Part shown: in pieces, positions 24,164 to 36,470 of the stretch
How the letters are laid out: each line of letters starts with the position of its first letter
Position numbering within the stretch: position 1 is the stretch's first letter
Assembly (NCBI RefSeq): GCF_006345805.1
Contig: NC_043025.1
Location: 13,454,001-13,518,000, forward strand
DNA: 64,000 bases
Source of the DNA: Octopus sinensis
Taxonomy: Eukaryota
Reading direction: 5' to 3'
Translations under genes and position numbers: made by a program
The notes under the pieces: generated by a model
Told to the model about the DNA's origin: nothing
Seen by the model: the letters and a program-made list of their open reading frames with translations, nothing else
Databases searched by the model: none

Positions 24164-27100
24164 TACCTTGTTGTTCAGTAAAGCATTGATGCCATCGGTC
24201 CACATGTCAAACTCTAGTTGGCTGCCAGCCAGGAAGTTCTGTGGAATTGTGGTCACTGGAATGACGGAGAAACACATCTCTGCTGCTATGTTCTGCAAAT
24301 ATAACAACAACAACAACATCAACAACGTTGGTGTCATCATCATCATCATTACCACCGCCCCCCAAACACCATCACAACCACCACCGCCGCCGCCACCACT
24401 ACCATCAACACCACCGCCGCCACCACCACCACCACTGCCGCCGCCACCACCACCACCGCCGCCACCGCCGCCACCACCACCACCACCAAAACCACCACCA
24501 CCACCACCACCACCGCCGCCACAACTTTAACGTAAAATAACTTCGTAAATATAAGTTTTTCTCAACAACGCTAAGAGTAAGTTTTACGTGACACATTCTA
24601 CCAGTAATACAAAGTTTTAAAGTGTTTAGTTACAAAAAATTATTTTCTAAATCTGCCGGTCAAAAGGTTAAAGACCCCAAATTCTTCCTCTCAGAAATAC
24701 AGAATTGTGTAACACACTCACCTTTTTCCGATTCTCTTTGACGTGGGAGCAATCTTTGCCGACAACCAGAGACTTTATATCAACAACTGACACTGCAATA
24801 CAAAGAAAATACAGGGAAATGAATGAATGCCACCACACACCAAAATACAATAGCATTCCATTGTGGTAGAGGTAGACCCAGGAAGACATGGGATGAGGTG
24901 GTGAAGGATGGTGTTTGATGGTATCAAACTTGAAATCTTCAAAGCCACAGTCGAACCAATTCTACTATATGGCTCAGAAACCTGGATGTTATCAAAGAAG
25001 CTTGAGAGGCAGTTGGATGGAACCTCCACTCGCCTCCTTATGAGAGCTCAAAATCTCTCGTGGAAGCGTCATCCAACCAAAATGCAAATATATGGGAAAC
25101 TACCACCTGTGTCATCTCTTGTGAAAAGTAGGAGAGTCCAGTTTGCTGGACATTGTTGTGGAACTGAAAAAGAGGTAATTTCTACTCTTCTCCTCTGGAA
25201 GCCATCTACTCGCAATACCAGAGGGCGCACACTCTCCTACCCTGATGTAATCTCCAGGGACACAGGCATCCAGCAACAGGACCTCCGTAATGCTATGATG
25301 GACCGTGAAGTCTGGCGCAGCATGGTAAATTCCATTGTCTCGACCACGGTTGAACAATGATGATGATGATGGTGTTTGAATGTTGGGCCTCGTTGAAGGA
25401 ATGACTAGTGACTGAGAGGTTTGGTAATGTGCTGTGTTTGAGAAGACCCATCAGGCCAAGTGATATCGTAGTCATGGCCAATGTTGCTGTCACATAACTG
25501 GCACTATTGCTGGTGTCGTGTGATCGGCACCCATGCCGGTGTCACGTAACTGGGACCTGTGCTAGTGGCACGTAAAAAGTACCATTTCAGTGATGAGCCT
25601 CGAAGAGGCAATGTGACCGATGCGAGAGTCACGTAACTGGCACGTAAAAAGCACCCATTACACTCTTGGTGTGCTTGGTGTTTGGAAGGGCATCCAGCTG
25701 TAGAAATCATGTGAAATCAGGCCACTCTTTACTCTTTTACTGGTTTCAGTCATGTGACTGTGGCCATACTGGAGCACCGCCTTTAGTCGAGCAAATCGAC
25801 TCCAAGATTTATTCTTTGTAAGCTTTGTACTTATTGTATCAGTTTCTTTTTGCGAACCGCTAAGTTACGGGAACGTAAACACACCGGCATCGGTTGTCAT
25901 GCGATGTTAGGTGGACAAACACAGACACGCAAGCACACACGCATATATACATATATACAATGGGCTTCTGTCAGTTTCCGTCTACCAAATTCACTCACAA
26001 GGCTTTGGTTGGCCCGAGGCTAGAGTAGAAGACACTTGTCCAAGTTGCCGCACAGTGGGACTGAACCCAGAACCATGTGGTTGGTATGCAAGCTACTTAT
26101 CACACAGCCACTCCTATGCCTAGTCATTTAACAATCACATTATCAAGATCTCAACGTGACAAGATAACACTTGATTAGTTTCCAACAATATGAATTAAAA
26201 AACATTACATTTGACACTATAATCTGAACACAAAAGGGTTGAAGTTACATCTTGGATATCTACACCTATACATACACAAGCACAAACACATACAACAATA
26301 AAGGATCAACAAGGACATACACTTATTGGGCAGTTGTTCCAAAGTAGGGGTCTCTTCGCTGTTCCAGTCTCCGTAGTGAAAGGTTTTTAGGTTAGGTGCA
26401 AGCTGCCACCAATGTTTCTCTGAAAAATACGATATTACAAGGGGATGAGTCAGAGAGTAATGCAATTTTTATTTGCTTTAATTTTTGATTTAGCTTTGTA
26501 TACACGAGAGAGAGAGAGAGAGAGTCTAATAGAAATGCAGGTAAAATGTGTGAATCTGTGTGTATGTATGTATGTATGTATGCATATATGTATGTAATGT
26601 GTTTGTATGTATGTATGTATGTATGCATATATGTATGTAATGTGTTTGTATGTATGTATGTATGTATGTTTGTATGTATGTGTGTGTGTGTGTGTGAATG
26701 TGTTTATGTATGTTTATGTGTGAATATATGTGGCTTTATAACTATGTGTATTTGTACTGCTTTTTATGTGTATATGAAAGTAAGGAAGAAGGAGAGCATG
26801 AGGGAGAGTGAAAGGAAGAGGGAGAGCATGAGGGAGAGTGAAAGGAAGAGGGAGAGCATGAGGGAGAGTGAAAGGAAGAGGGAGAGCATGAGGGAGAGTG
26901 AAAGGAAGAGGGAGAGCATGAGGGAGAGTGAAAGGAAGAGGGAGAGCATGAGGGAGAGTGAAAGGAAGAGGGAGAGCATAAGGGAGAGTGAAAGGAAGAG
27001 GGAGAGCATAAGGGAGAGTGATAGGAAGGTGAGTGTGAAAAAAAGATGTTTGAGAGAGAGAAAGGAAGAGAGAATCTGAAGATAAGTGAGTGTGATATAG

Positions 27101-27968
27101 TAAAAGAGAAAGGGAGAGATAAAGAGGGGTGGGGAAAATAGGTGAAAGTAATAAGGAGAGTGAGATAGATAGAAAGACAATGATAAAAGAGAGAGGGAGA
27201 GAGAGAAGTGGTGGTTGTAAAGATTTGGTTATTTATGGAAGGGAGCTAACTGCTATATCCAACCTCCACACCTGCTGTGTGTATATGTGTGTGTGTGCCT
27301 GTGTATGTATATGTGTCTGTGTTTGACTGTCTGTGTATATGTGTGTGTGTGCCTGTGTTTGACTGTGTATGTGTCTATGTACGTATTTGTAAATATATAT
27401 ATATGTCTGTCTGAGAGTGCGTGTGTATGTGTGTGTGTATGTGTGTATGCGCGCGAAAGTCTTTGTACATTTGGAGACAATTGATCAAGATAAACATAGC
27501 GTGGTTCAACAATTAGTTTAATTAATGCAAACTTTGAAAATTGTTTTACTTCTGTTTTTTCTATGCTAGCATGGGTTATAGGGATGCCCCTTGAGTGAGT
27601 GAAAATATGATTGTGAAGGTGAGAGAGAGAGAGTGTGTAATTTTGGGGGAGGGGGTCTACTCAATTACATCGAAACCCCACCAGTATTATCAACCCTGAA
27701 AGGAGGAAAGGCAAAGTCAACCATAGCGGAATTTGAACTCAGAATGTAAAAATGTTCAAAAATAATAATAAGAATAATTCTGAAATTTTGGGGGAGAGGG
27801 ATAGTCGATTACATTGACCCCTGTGCTTCACTGGTACTTAATTTATCGACCCCCAAAAGATAAAAGGCCAAGTTGAACTCGGCAGAATTTGAACTCAGAA
27901 TGTAGCGACGGGCGTAATACCACTAAGCATTTTGTCCAGCATGCTAACGATTCTGCCAGCTCGCCACC

Positions 27969-28010
<42 letters not shown>

Positions 28011-28784
28011 GTGTCGGTGGCACGTAAAAAGCACCATCCGAATAGTGGCTGAAGCCAGTGCTGTCTCGACTGGCTTCCGTGCAGGTGGCACGTAAAATGC
28101 ACCAATCCGACCGTGGCCGATGCCAGTCTAGCCTGGCACCAGTGCAGGTGGCACGTAAAAAGCACCCACTACACTCACGGAGTGGTTGGCGTTAGGAAGG
28201 GCATCCAGCTGTAGAAACATTGCCAAATAAGACTGGAGCCTGGTGCAGCCTCCTGGCTTCCCAGATCCCCGGTCGAACCGTCCAACCTGTGCTAGCATGG
28301 AGAACGGACGTTAAACGATGATGATGATGATGATGATGAATAGTAATAATAATAATAATAATAAAAATGGTAAAAATGGTAATAATAATAATAATAATAA
28401 TGATTTCAAATTTTGGCACAAGGCCAGCAATTTTGGGAAAGGTGGGTATGTCAGTTGGTACTTATTTTATCAACCCTAAAAGGATGAAAGGCAAAGTCGA
28501 CCTTGGCAGTATTTGAACTCAGAACATAAAGATGGACAAAATGCTGCCTAGCATTTCACCCAGCATGCTAAGGATTCTGCCAGTTTTCTGTCTGATAAGA
28601 ACTCTGAGTGAGAGTCCGTGGATCCTTCCCGATTCCACAGAGTCAGCCCCAGTCCTGGTTTTTACCTTTCAATTTGCCTCCTTTTGTTGTAATTTTACAA
28701 AACAATGTTCCGGCCATCAGGTAATTCATCCTCTGTCGCTTGATCATCTCTCGTATATCTGGGGTGATTTGTTTACGGAGTTCA
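22252..28784 (-). CDS. ELMO: Engulfment and cell motility protein (ELMO/CED-12), C-terminal PH domain and Pro-rich tail; five 3' exons
   Basis: join(complement 28666-28784, 26321-26419, 24722-24792, 24167-24292, 22252-22404), all GT-AG and in phase. Reads [28 protein letters not shown]...[12 protein letters not shown]...[16 protein letters not shown]...WTDGINALL...[38 protein letters not shown], which closely matches the ELMO1 C-terminus. Confidence 0.96.
22431..23040. repeat. 156-bp tandem repeat (4 units, one with an ~18-bp deletion) in the last ELMO intron
   Basis: gtcaaagaacaatggccag... recurs at 22431, 22587, 22743, 22880 and 23037. Confidence 0.9.
23225..23612 (-). mobile_element. tRNA-derived SINE family E (related copies at 18512, 53198, 8745, 33030)
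   Basis: Head ggaggcgcaatggcccagtggttagggcagcggactc...ggtttcgattcc. Confidence 0.75.
24167..24292 (-). CDS. ELMO: ELMO exon: [42 protein letters not shown]
   Basis: atttgcag|AAC ... AAG|gtaaca; 126 nt. Confidence 0.92.
24722..24792 (-). CDS. ELMO: ELMO exon: (L)[23 protein letters not shown]
   Basis: tattgcag|TG ... AAG|gtgagt; 71 nt. Confidence 0.92.
24919..25367 (+). mobile_element. 5'-truncated RTE-clade LINE in an ELMO intron; a near-identical fragment lies at 59853-60075(-)
   Basis: Encodes [17 protein letters not shown]...RRVQFAGHC; (GAT)n tail; 12-bp TSD gatggtgtttga; inserted into an older LINE 3' end ([14 protein letters not shown]). Confidence 0.88.
26321..26419 (-). CDS. ELMO: ELMO exon: (E)[32 protein letters not shown]
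   Basis: tttttcag|AG ... AAGT|gtatgt; 99 nt. Confidence 0.92.
26780..27030. repeat. 30-bp purine-rich minisatellite in an ELMO intron
   Basis: (gagcatgagggagagtgaaaggaagaggga)n. Confidence 0.9.
28666..28784 (-). CDS. ELMO: ELMO exon: [39 protein letters not shown]
   Basis: ttccacag|T ... AAAG|gtaaaa; 119 nt. Confidence 0.92.
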
Positions 28785-29935
28785 CTGTGGAAAACAAAAC
28801 AACAACAAAACATATAAAAAAAAAAATATATATATTGCTGCAGCATGGCCACAGTTAAATCACAGAAATGAGCAGAAGAATAAAAGAATATGGAGACCTA
28901 TTGAGTCAAGTACATCAACATCAACAGCAATATCAAAATCAAATCAAATGGAAATTGTAGTTGTGAACCCCCGTGCCAGTGGCACGTAAAAAGGACCATC
29001 CGAACATGGCTGATACCAGTGCCACTTTGACTGGCATCTGTGTTGGTGGCACGTAAAAAGCACCATCTGATCATGGTTGATGCTAGCTCCTCTGGCCCCT
29101 GTGCTGGTGGCACATAAAAAGCACTCACTACAATCTCAGAGTGATTGGCATTAGGAAGGGCATCCAGCTGTAGAAACACTGCCAGATAAGACTGGGGCCC
29201 GGTGCAGCCTCCTGGCTTCCCAAAGACCCAATCGAACCATCCAACCCATGCCAGCATGGAAAACGGATGTTAAACAATGATGATGATGATGATATATATA
29301 GGGACAGATGATGACAATGATGTAGTTGTTGGTGGTGGTGGTCATGTTTGGGTTGTTAACACTAAATAAAGTTAAGATAGGTGCAGGTGTGGTTGTATGC
29401 TTCCCAACTACATGGTTCTGGGTTCAGTCCCACTGCATGGCACCTTGAGCAAGTTTCTTTTACCAACAGCCTTGGGCTAACCAATCAGACACCATTATCT
29501 TACCCAGCATTCACGACAATACGTGAAGACAGACACCAAATCCGATTCAAAGACAGAAAGTTTGGTTTTTTTTAAATTTTCACCATGGCATGTAAAAAGC
29601 ACCATCCGACCATAGCCGTTTGCAAGCCCTGTCTGGCACCTGTGCCAGTGTCACGTAAAAAGCACCCACTACACTCACGGAGTGGTTGGCGTTAGGAAGG
29701 GCATCCAGCCGTAGAAACTCTGCCAGATCAGACTGGGCCTGGTGCAGCCTTCTGGCTTCCCAGATCCCCGGTTGAACCGTCCAACCCATGCTAGCATGGA
29801 AAGCGGACGCTAAATGATGATAATGATGATGATGATGATGATCTTCGTCTCTCCCTGATTTTACACTTGATGTTACAGAAATTTACAAATGAAACGGATA
29901 AGGGCCGCAGGGCCGCGAGAGAAGGCCCCAGTGAA

Positions 29936-30035
29936 NNNNNNNNNNNNNNNNNNNNNNNNNNNNNNNNNNNNNNNNNNNNNNNNNNNNNNNNNNNNNNNNN
30001 NNNNNNNNNNNNNNNNNNNNNNNNNNNNNNNNNNN
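29936..30035. other. Assembly gap (100 N)
   Basis: Exactly 100 Ns, the usual placeholder for a gap of unknown size. Confidence 0.99.
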
Positions 30036-30873
30036 AGGGGGGTTTAGGGAGGGGCTGGAGGTGAGGACCGGGGGGGGGGGTCATTGGGAAAAGTGAGTTC
30101 CCTTCAGATTAAACATGAGACAAGAAATACTAAGAAGGGACGGGGGGGTGTAAGGGCAAAAATATGCCAAAAACAAACAAACAAAAAATGAAATAGAAAA
30201 ATAAAAATATCATATAATTAAATAAATAAATAAACAAATACACAAACTGACTATTAACACATTTCCTTTTTAATAATTAATTGTGTATCCACCACCAGCA
30301 ACAACAACAACAACAACAACAATAACAACAGCAACAACAACAATAACAACAACCACTACCCACCTTTTGTTCAAGAAAAATGTAAAAAAAAAAAAAAAAG
30401 AAGTCGGTGAGGTATTACTGAAATATGTATGCCAAGGAGTTGTGAAAGGTGGCTGAATGGTTAAGGTGTTTGGTTTGAAGTGTCAGGGTTGTGGGTTCGA
30501 TCCCATTGCTAGGCACCTTCGTTAAATGTCAAATTTTCATGGATAAACCAATTCTTATGAATATGTACATGGCTGGTTATAGAGTGACCATTGGTTTTGC
30601 TCCTATAGGTCACTCTATGGGTCACTCTATGGGTCACTCTATGGGTCACTCTATGGCCTGGTCTCTTACTCTTTTACTTGTTTCAGTCATTTGACTGTGG
30701 CCATGCTGGAGCACCACCTTTAGTCGAGCAAATCGACCCCAGGACTTATTCTTTGTCAGCCTAGTACTTATTATATCGGTCTCTTTTGCCGAACCGCTAA
30801 GTTACGGTTGTCAAGTGATGTTGGGGGGGGGAGGACAAACACAGACACTGTTATAGCAGAAGACACTTGCCCA

Positions 30874-30916
<43 letters not shown>

Positions 30917-31542
30917 GTGTGTGTGTGTGTTTATCTCCATACCATCGCTTGTTGGCCATGTTGGTATGTTTATGTCCCCCATAACTTAGCGGTTCGGCAA
31001 AAGTCACTGATAGAAAAAGTACTAGGCTTACAAGGGGTGGTGCTCCAGTATGGCCACAGTCAAATGACTGAAACAAGCAAAAGAATAAAAGAATATATGT
31101 GTGTGTGTGTGTTTGTGTGTATGTATGTATATATATATATATATACTTATATTTATATTTACTTGTATTTATATTCTCTTTGTATATATCTACGTATTAT
31201 ACAACATTACTCTTTTATGTACACTTTTTATGTACATTCCTTTTGTACACTGATTTGTTCTGTTTTTATTTAACCCTACAGTCTCTTATGTGGTGGTTTA
31301 ATAAAGTATGTGATTGAGTATTATCTGGTAGTTGATAATTGATTTAGATGTATTCTCCATTTTCTTATCTTGTATATATCATATCATCATCATCATCATC
31401 ATTTAACGTCCGCTTTCCATATATATATATATATATATATATACCGGAGTAAACACATAAATGTGAAACAAGGTGGAAAAAAGAGTACTCAAATACCAGT
31501 GGTAGAGTAATATGCTTTAAGCAGCAGAAAATTCAACAAAAT

Positions 31543-31580
31543 CTGTTACTCTGAGTTTCTCGTTGCCGTTCATCAGACAG
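31543..31580 (-). ncRNA. Minimal hammerhead-like motif in a Penelope-like remnant
   Basis: CUGU-CUGAUGA-ACG GCAA CGA-GAAAC-UCAGA-GUA-ACAG; stem II closing pair is mismatched. The flanks (31443-31670) recur at 17070-17215. Confidence 0.45.
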
Positions 31581-31666
31581 TTTTTGCTAGAATGGAACCG
31601 ATATATCAATTCAATCTAGACTCTTACAAACGCTACTTTGTTGAATTTTCTGCTGCTTAACATAAA

Positions 31667-31707
<41 letters not shown>

Positions 31708-33580
31708 CACACACACACACACATAAACATATTCTGTTGTGTATTGGGAGGGTCATTCTCTTTTGGTGCCTTATAATTTAACACACGCACTGGTAAAATT
31801 TCCATTTATTTCTTTTTTTTTCTTTTTATTTAATTTTCATCAAGTCTATTGAAAAGGTTGCAAGACGCAACGAAAATTTTAGAAAATAAAAATAAGAGAA
31901 ATAAGTGTAAATTTTACTGGTGAGTCTGTTAAATAATAAGGCACAAAAAAGAAAATGACTCTCCCCAGACACAACAGAACATGCTTCAAGACACGAACTC
32001 ACATAAAGAATCTTGCAAACCAAATCCCAAAACGAAATATATATATAAAAGAAAATTATATAAATACAAATACAAAACCCTTACAAAGGTCACTAGTTAC
32101 TCACCCAGTAAACCTTCAAAAAATATATCAAGAGATCCCTTTACGGAACATCATCCAATATGGCATCCTTCGTTATGAAAAGGTGTTACTTAATGAGATT
32201 TTTGACTTAATTATGTTATTTTCTTTTTGTTTGGTAATTAATATGCTATTCTGTTGTGAATTAAATTCTATTAACGTGAGTTGAATGAAAGGTGATATAA
32301 GGTGGGTGAGAGAAACCTGAAATCAGATAAGATTTCTTAAATGTTGACGTAGTCACTGCAAGGAAGTGTCTGCAGATATTTCTGTTTTTTGTTGTGTTTT
32401 AAATGGTGACCCATATGATATCTTTGAATGAGGACAGTAGCTAAGTGATGGAAGGCATAGCTGCGTGGTAAGTAGCTTGCTTACCAACCACATGGTTCCG
32501 GGTTCAGTCCCACTGCGTGGCACCTTGGGTAAGTGTCTTCTACTAAAGCCTCTCAGGCCAACCAAAGCCTTGTGAGTGGATTTGGTAGATGGAAACTGAA
32601 AGAAGCCCGTCGTATTGGCGCAGGAGTGGCTGTGTGGTAAGTAGCTTGTTTACAAACCACATGGTTCCGGGTTCAGTCCCACTGCGTGGCACCTTGGGTA
32701 AGTGTCTTCTACTATAGCCTCGGGCCGACCAAAGCCTTGTGAGTGGATTTGGTAGACGGAAACTGAAAGAAGCCTGTCGTATATATGTATATATATATAT
32801 GTGTGTGTATGTATTTGTGTGTCTGTGTTTGTCCTCCTAGCATTGCTTGACAACCGATGCTGGTGTGTTTATGTCCCCGTTACTTTGCGGTTCGGCAAAA
32901 GAGACCGATAAAATAAGTACTGGGCTTACAAAACAATAAGTCCCGGGGTCGATTTGCTCGACTAAAGGCGGTGCTGCAGCATGGCCGCAGTCAAATGACT
33001 GAAACAAGTAAAGAGAGAGTATATATGTGAAGGTGCATGGCTCAGTGATTAGAGCGTCAGGCTTGCGATTGTGAGGTTGTGAGTTCGAATCCCAGACCGG
33101 GCTGCGTGTTGTGTTCTTGAGCAAGACACTTTATTTCACGTTGATAGAAAGACAAACAGATACCTCCCCCACACACGCACACACTCTCTCTCTCTCTCTC
33201 TTTCACCCACTCACACATACATACATTGAAGTACTTTTATCTTCCTGTCAAACATCATAAAATGTTGTTTACATGCCATAAAAAGACATTAAAAAAAACA
33301 CATAAAAATTGCTGATAAAAGTAAAGAAAAACAACCATTTTTGTGTCAAATCCTGACCCAATAAAAGAACGTTTTATTACTCTATATTCCTTCATCCCTC
33401 TATTCCTTCATTCCTTTATTCTGTTCTCTTGTTTTATTGCCTTATTCTCTTGCAGTCAATTTCTTTATTGACCATGAGGTTGAGAAAAAAAGGGGCCGAT
33501 ACCAGGACAGACAAAACAAACGTTGGGGTCAGGGGATCGAATGAGACGAACCGTATGAATAAACAATTAAAATATATAAA

Positions 33581-34083
33581 ACTAGCAGTATCACCCGGCG
33601 TTGCTCGGTTTTGTAAGGGAAATAACTATGTAAGCATTTTTAGAGAGTTATAGCCAAAAAATAGCAAAAAAATGCATTAAAAATGGGGAAAAAATTATGG
33701 TAAATTTTTTTTAAATCGTTGACTCATCGTAGACATTTTTAGAGAGTTACTTCCCTTATATAATAGCAAAAAAATGCATTAAAAATGGAAAAAAAATTAT
33801 GGTAAATTTTTTTTTAAATCGTTGACTCATCGTAGACATCTTTAGAGAGTTACTTCCCTTATATAATAGCGAAAAGAATGCATTAAAATGGAATAAAAAA
33901 TGATGGTAAATTATTTTTAAAATCGTAGACTCATCGTAGACGCGCGCTAATACCCAGAAGGGCTCGATATGAATCACGACTATAAGATACCCGACTTTGG
34001 TTAAACTGCACCGCAAAATGTGGGAGTAGTTAGGAATCTAAATCGTAGGAGACAGACACAACCTTTCTTTTATATATAAAGAT
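33581..34083 (+). mobile_element. Helentron-like element (same termini, different internal tandem repeats); another copy at 19582-19948(-)
   Basis: ACTAGCAGTATCACCCGGCGTTGCTCGG ... TTTTATATATAAAGAT. Confidence 0.55.
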
Positions 34084-34219
34084 TAAATGGGAATGAGTAA
34101 TTTTCAAAAAATGGAGCGGAGGACGCGGTTGACCCCACAAACCACAGACTCACACTGAAGACATTGCTTTCTCCTTTTTTATATTCTGGATTAAACAGGT
34201 TCTTTCATTCGCAACATAC

Positions 34220-34375
34220 TTGCTATAGACTTTGCGACGGGCATTTCTTCTCCAGCCTTATTTTCCGTTTCATGTGGAAAACGAAAAAGTCGATTAGCTC
34301 GAGACTGGAGATAAACATGGCCTGTTGCAATTTCTTTCACCCTTGTCTTCCACACTACTTCTTTCGCCATAGCAA
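34220..34375 (-). CDS. Candidate exon (VAMAKEVVWKTRVKEIATGHVYLQSRANRLFRFPHETENKAGEEMPVAKSIA); possibly the first coding exon of ELMO
   Basis: ttttcggtag acceptor, GCAA|gtatgt donor, one open frame; unique sequence between repeats. Confidence 0.35.
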
Positions 34376-35384
34376 CTACCGAAAACATAAGTCCAGAGTT
34401 CAGTCACCAGAGTTCAGTGTCTTCTACTATGGCCTTGGGCCGACAAAAAGCCTTGTGAGTGGATTTGGTAGACGGAAACTGAAAGAAGCTCGTCGTATAT
34501 ATGTATATATATCCATGGGATAACATATATCCAATATACTGCTAGAGAAGTACCCAACAAAGCTAATACATAAATGTTAAGAATTGCGATGCAATTAATT
34601 CATTTACTGTATTAGGTGGGCAAAGGTAAAATTATTTTTTACCATAAATTAATAATACAAAATGAGAAAATGGAGAAATATATCTAAATCAATCATCAAC
34701 TATCAGATAATACCAAATCATATACTTTATTAAAACACTACACAAGAGCATTAAGATTAGACATTAATACAGTACAATAATTACAATCAATATAATGAGA
34801 TACAACTAAATAAATATAACAAGATATAAAAATACATATACATTATAACTGACAGCTGTTTCGGCCATGCACATACTTATCTGCATGGCCGAAACAGCTG
34901 TCAGTTATAATGTATATGTATTTTTACTCGGTGTATGTGTATATATGTATGTATATTACTTCAAAAGTTCCCGCAAGCCCATATGTAAAAAAAAAATTTT
35001 TTAGGGAAATCGACGAAAAGGTCCACTAGAGACGAAAGATCGCCCTGCTAAGGTATCGGCTGCTCTCCACCAGGTTTATGGTCGAACCTGTGACAGGGGA
35101 CACCTCCAATGATCTCATCCCTTGGACCATATCCCTGCTCACTGCTTTCAGGGTGGGGCTGGCTGTCCTCAGGTGAGAGCCTCATGAGCAGGGCCGGATT
35201 AAGACCTGCCAAGGCCCTAAGCACTCAAAAGATTCTGGTGCCCCCATAAAAGATTACGTAATTCAAAATATAAATAATAACAAACCCTGAAATAAATTTT
35301 TATCTTTCAAAACGAAACAAAAACAGTAAAAGGGAAAATAAGGTTCATTTTTGTCTCCTTCCAATTTTTATTTATATTTGAAAA

Positions 35385-36085
35385 GTTTCCTCCTACTTTT
35401 TTTAATTGCAAAGTCTTTGATCAGATCCTCAAAATTAATCTTAGGTAACACATCTGCATCTATACTTAGTAGAGATAAAGGCATCCCGAATATTATTTTA
35501 GCAAGGTGAAAGTGATTTCATTTGTGCCATAAACCATTTACCGTTTCTGTGGTGCCCCCCTCCTTCCCTTGATGCCCTAATCACGTGCTTATTCTGCCTA
35601 ATTCCTCCTACTTTTTTTAATTGCAAAGCCTTGGATCAGATCCTAAAAATTAATCTCAGATAAACACATCTGCATCTATACTTAATGGAGATAAAGGCAT
35701 CCCGAATATTATTTGAGCAAGTTTAAAGTGATTTCTTTTGTGCAGTAAACCATTTACCATTTCTGTTGTGCCCCCTTCCTTCCCTTGATGCCCTAATCAC
35801 GTGCTTATTCTGCCTAATTCCTCCTACTTTTTTGAATTGCAAAGCCTTGGATCAGATCCTCAAAATTAATCTTTGGTAACACATCTGCATCTATACTTAA
35901 TAGAGATAAAGGCATCCCGAATATTATTTCAGCAAGTTGAAAGTGATTTCTTTTGTGCCATAAACCATTTACCATTTCTGTGGTGCCCCCTTCCTTCCCT
36001 TGATGCCCTAATCACGTGCTTATTCTGCCTAATTCCTGCTACTTTTTTGAATTGCAAAATCTTGGATTAGATCCTCAGAATTAAT
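35385..36085. repeat. ~215-bp tandem repeat (~3.3 units) inside a hAT-like remnant starting CAGGGCCGGATTAAG at ~35189
   Basis: tcacgtgcttattctgcct at 35581, 35797 and 36012. Confidence 0.75.
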
Positions 36086-36125
36086 CCTTTAGATATAATG
36101 AAGACGTTCTTTGACAATAGCATAC

Positions 36126-36470
36126 CGCTTTCACTTTATCAATCTGTAGTTGTCATATTGTTTTGACGGTTGTGGAAGAACTTTTTTTTTATTGTTTAAT
36201 ATTTTTGATCCGGGTGGGAGCAGTTTCAACGCTTGCTGAGGAAAGAGAGAAAGAGATACACACACACAGTAAAAGAGAAAGAAAGAAAGAAAGAAGGGGG
36301 GGTTAATCTTGACAGATATACGGTTCCGTAGGATAAAATGCGTATAAATAAAATTCAATGACCGCAGACTAAAATCGAAACCGCATCGTCTATAGCAATT
36401 TTCTTTGCGCTAACGAACGATGGAACACGTGGTTTGTGCCTTTACTGCGTTTGTTTGATGACGTCACAGA
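36126..36470. promoter_or_regulatory. Promoter-like CpG-containing segment with an E-box (CACGTG 36426-36431) and a full CRE (TGACGTCA 36459-36466); minus-strand donor AAGCG|gtatgc at 36125
   Basis: Motifs read directly from the sequence; lies between the divergent ELMO(-) and orphan(+) loci. Confidence 0.35.

Noticed and set aside
24093-24596. Poly-Pro/poly-His ORFs
   Set aside because: (CCA/CCG)n tract within the short ELMO intron 24293-24721 on the opposite strand.
26546-27180. ([10 protein letters not shown])n ORF
   Set aside because: 30-bp purine minisatellite inside an ELMO intron, preceded by microsatellite-derived codons.
32100-32200. Possible minus-strand ELMO exon ending at the ctgg|gtgagt donor (~32104)
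   Set aside because: All three frames upstream of the donor contain stops and there is no ELMO-like peptide.
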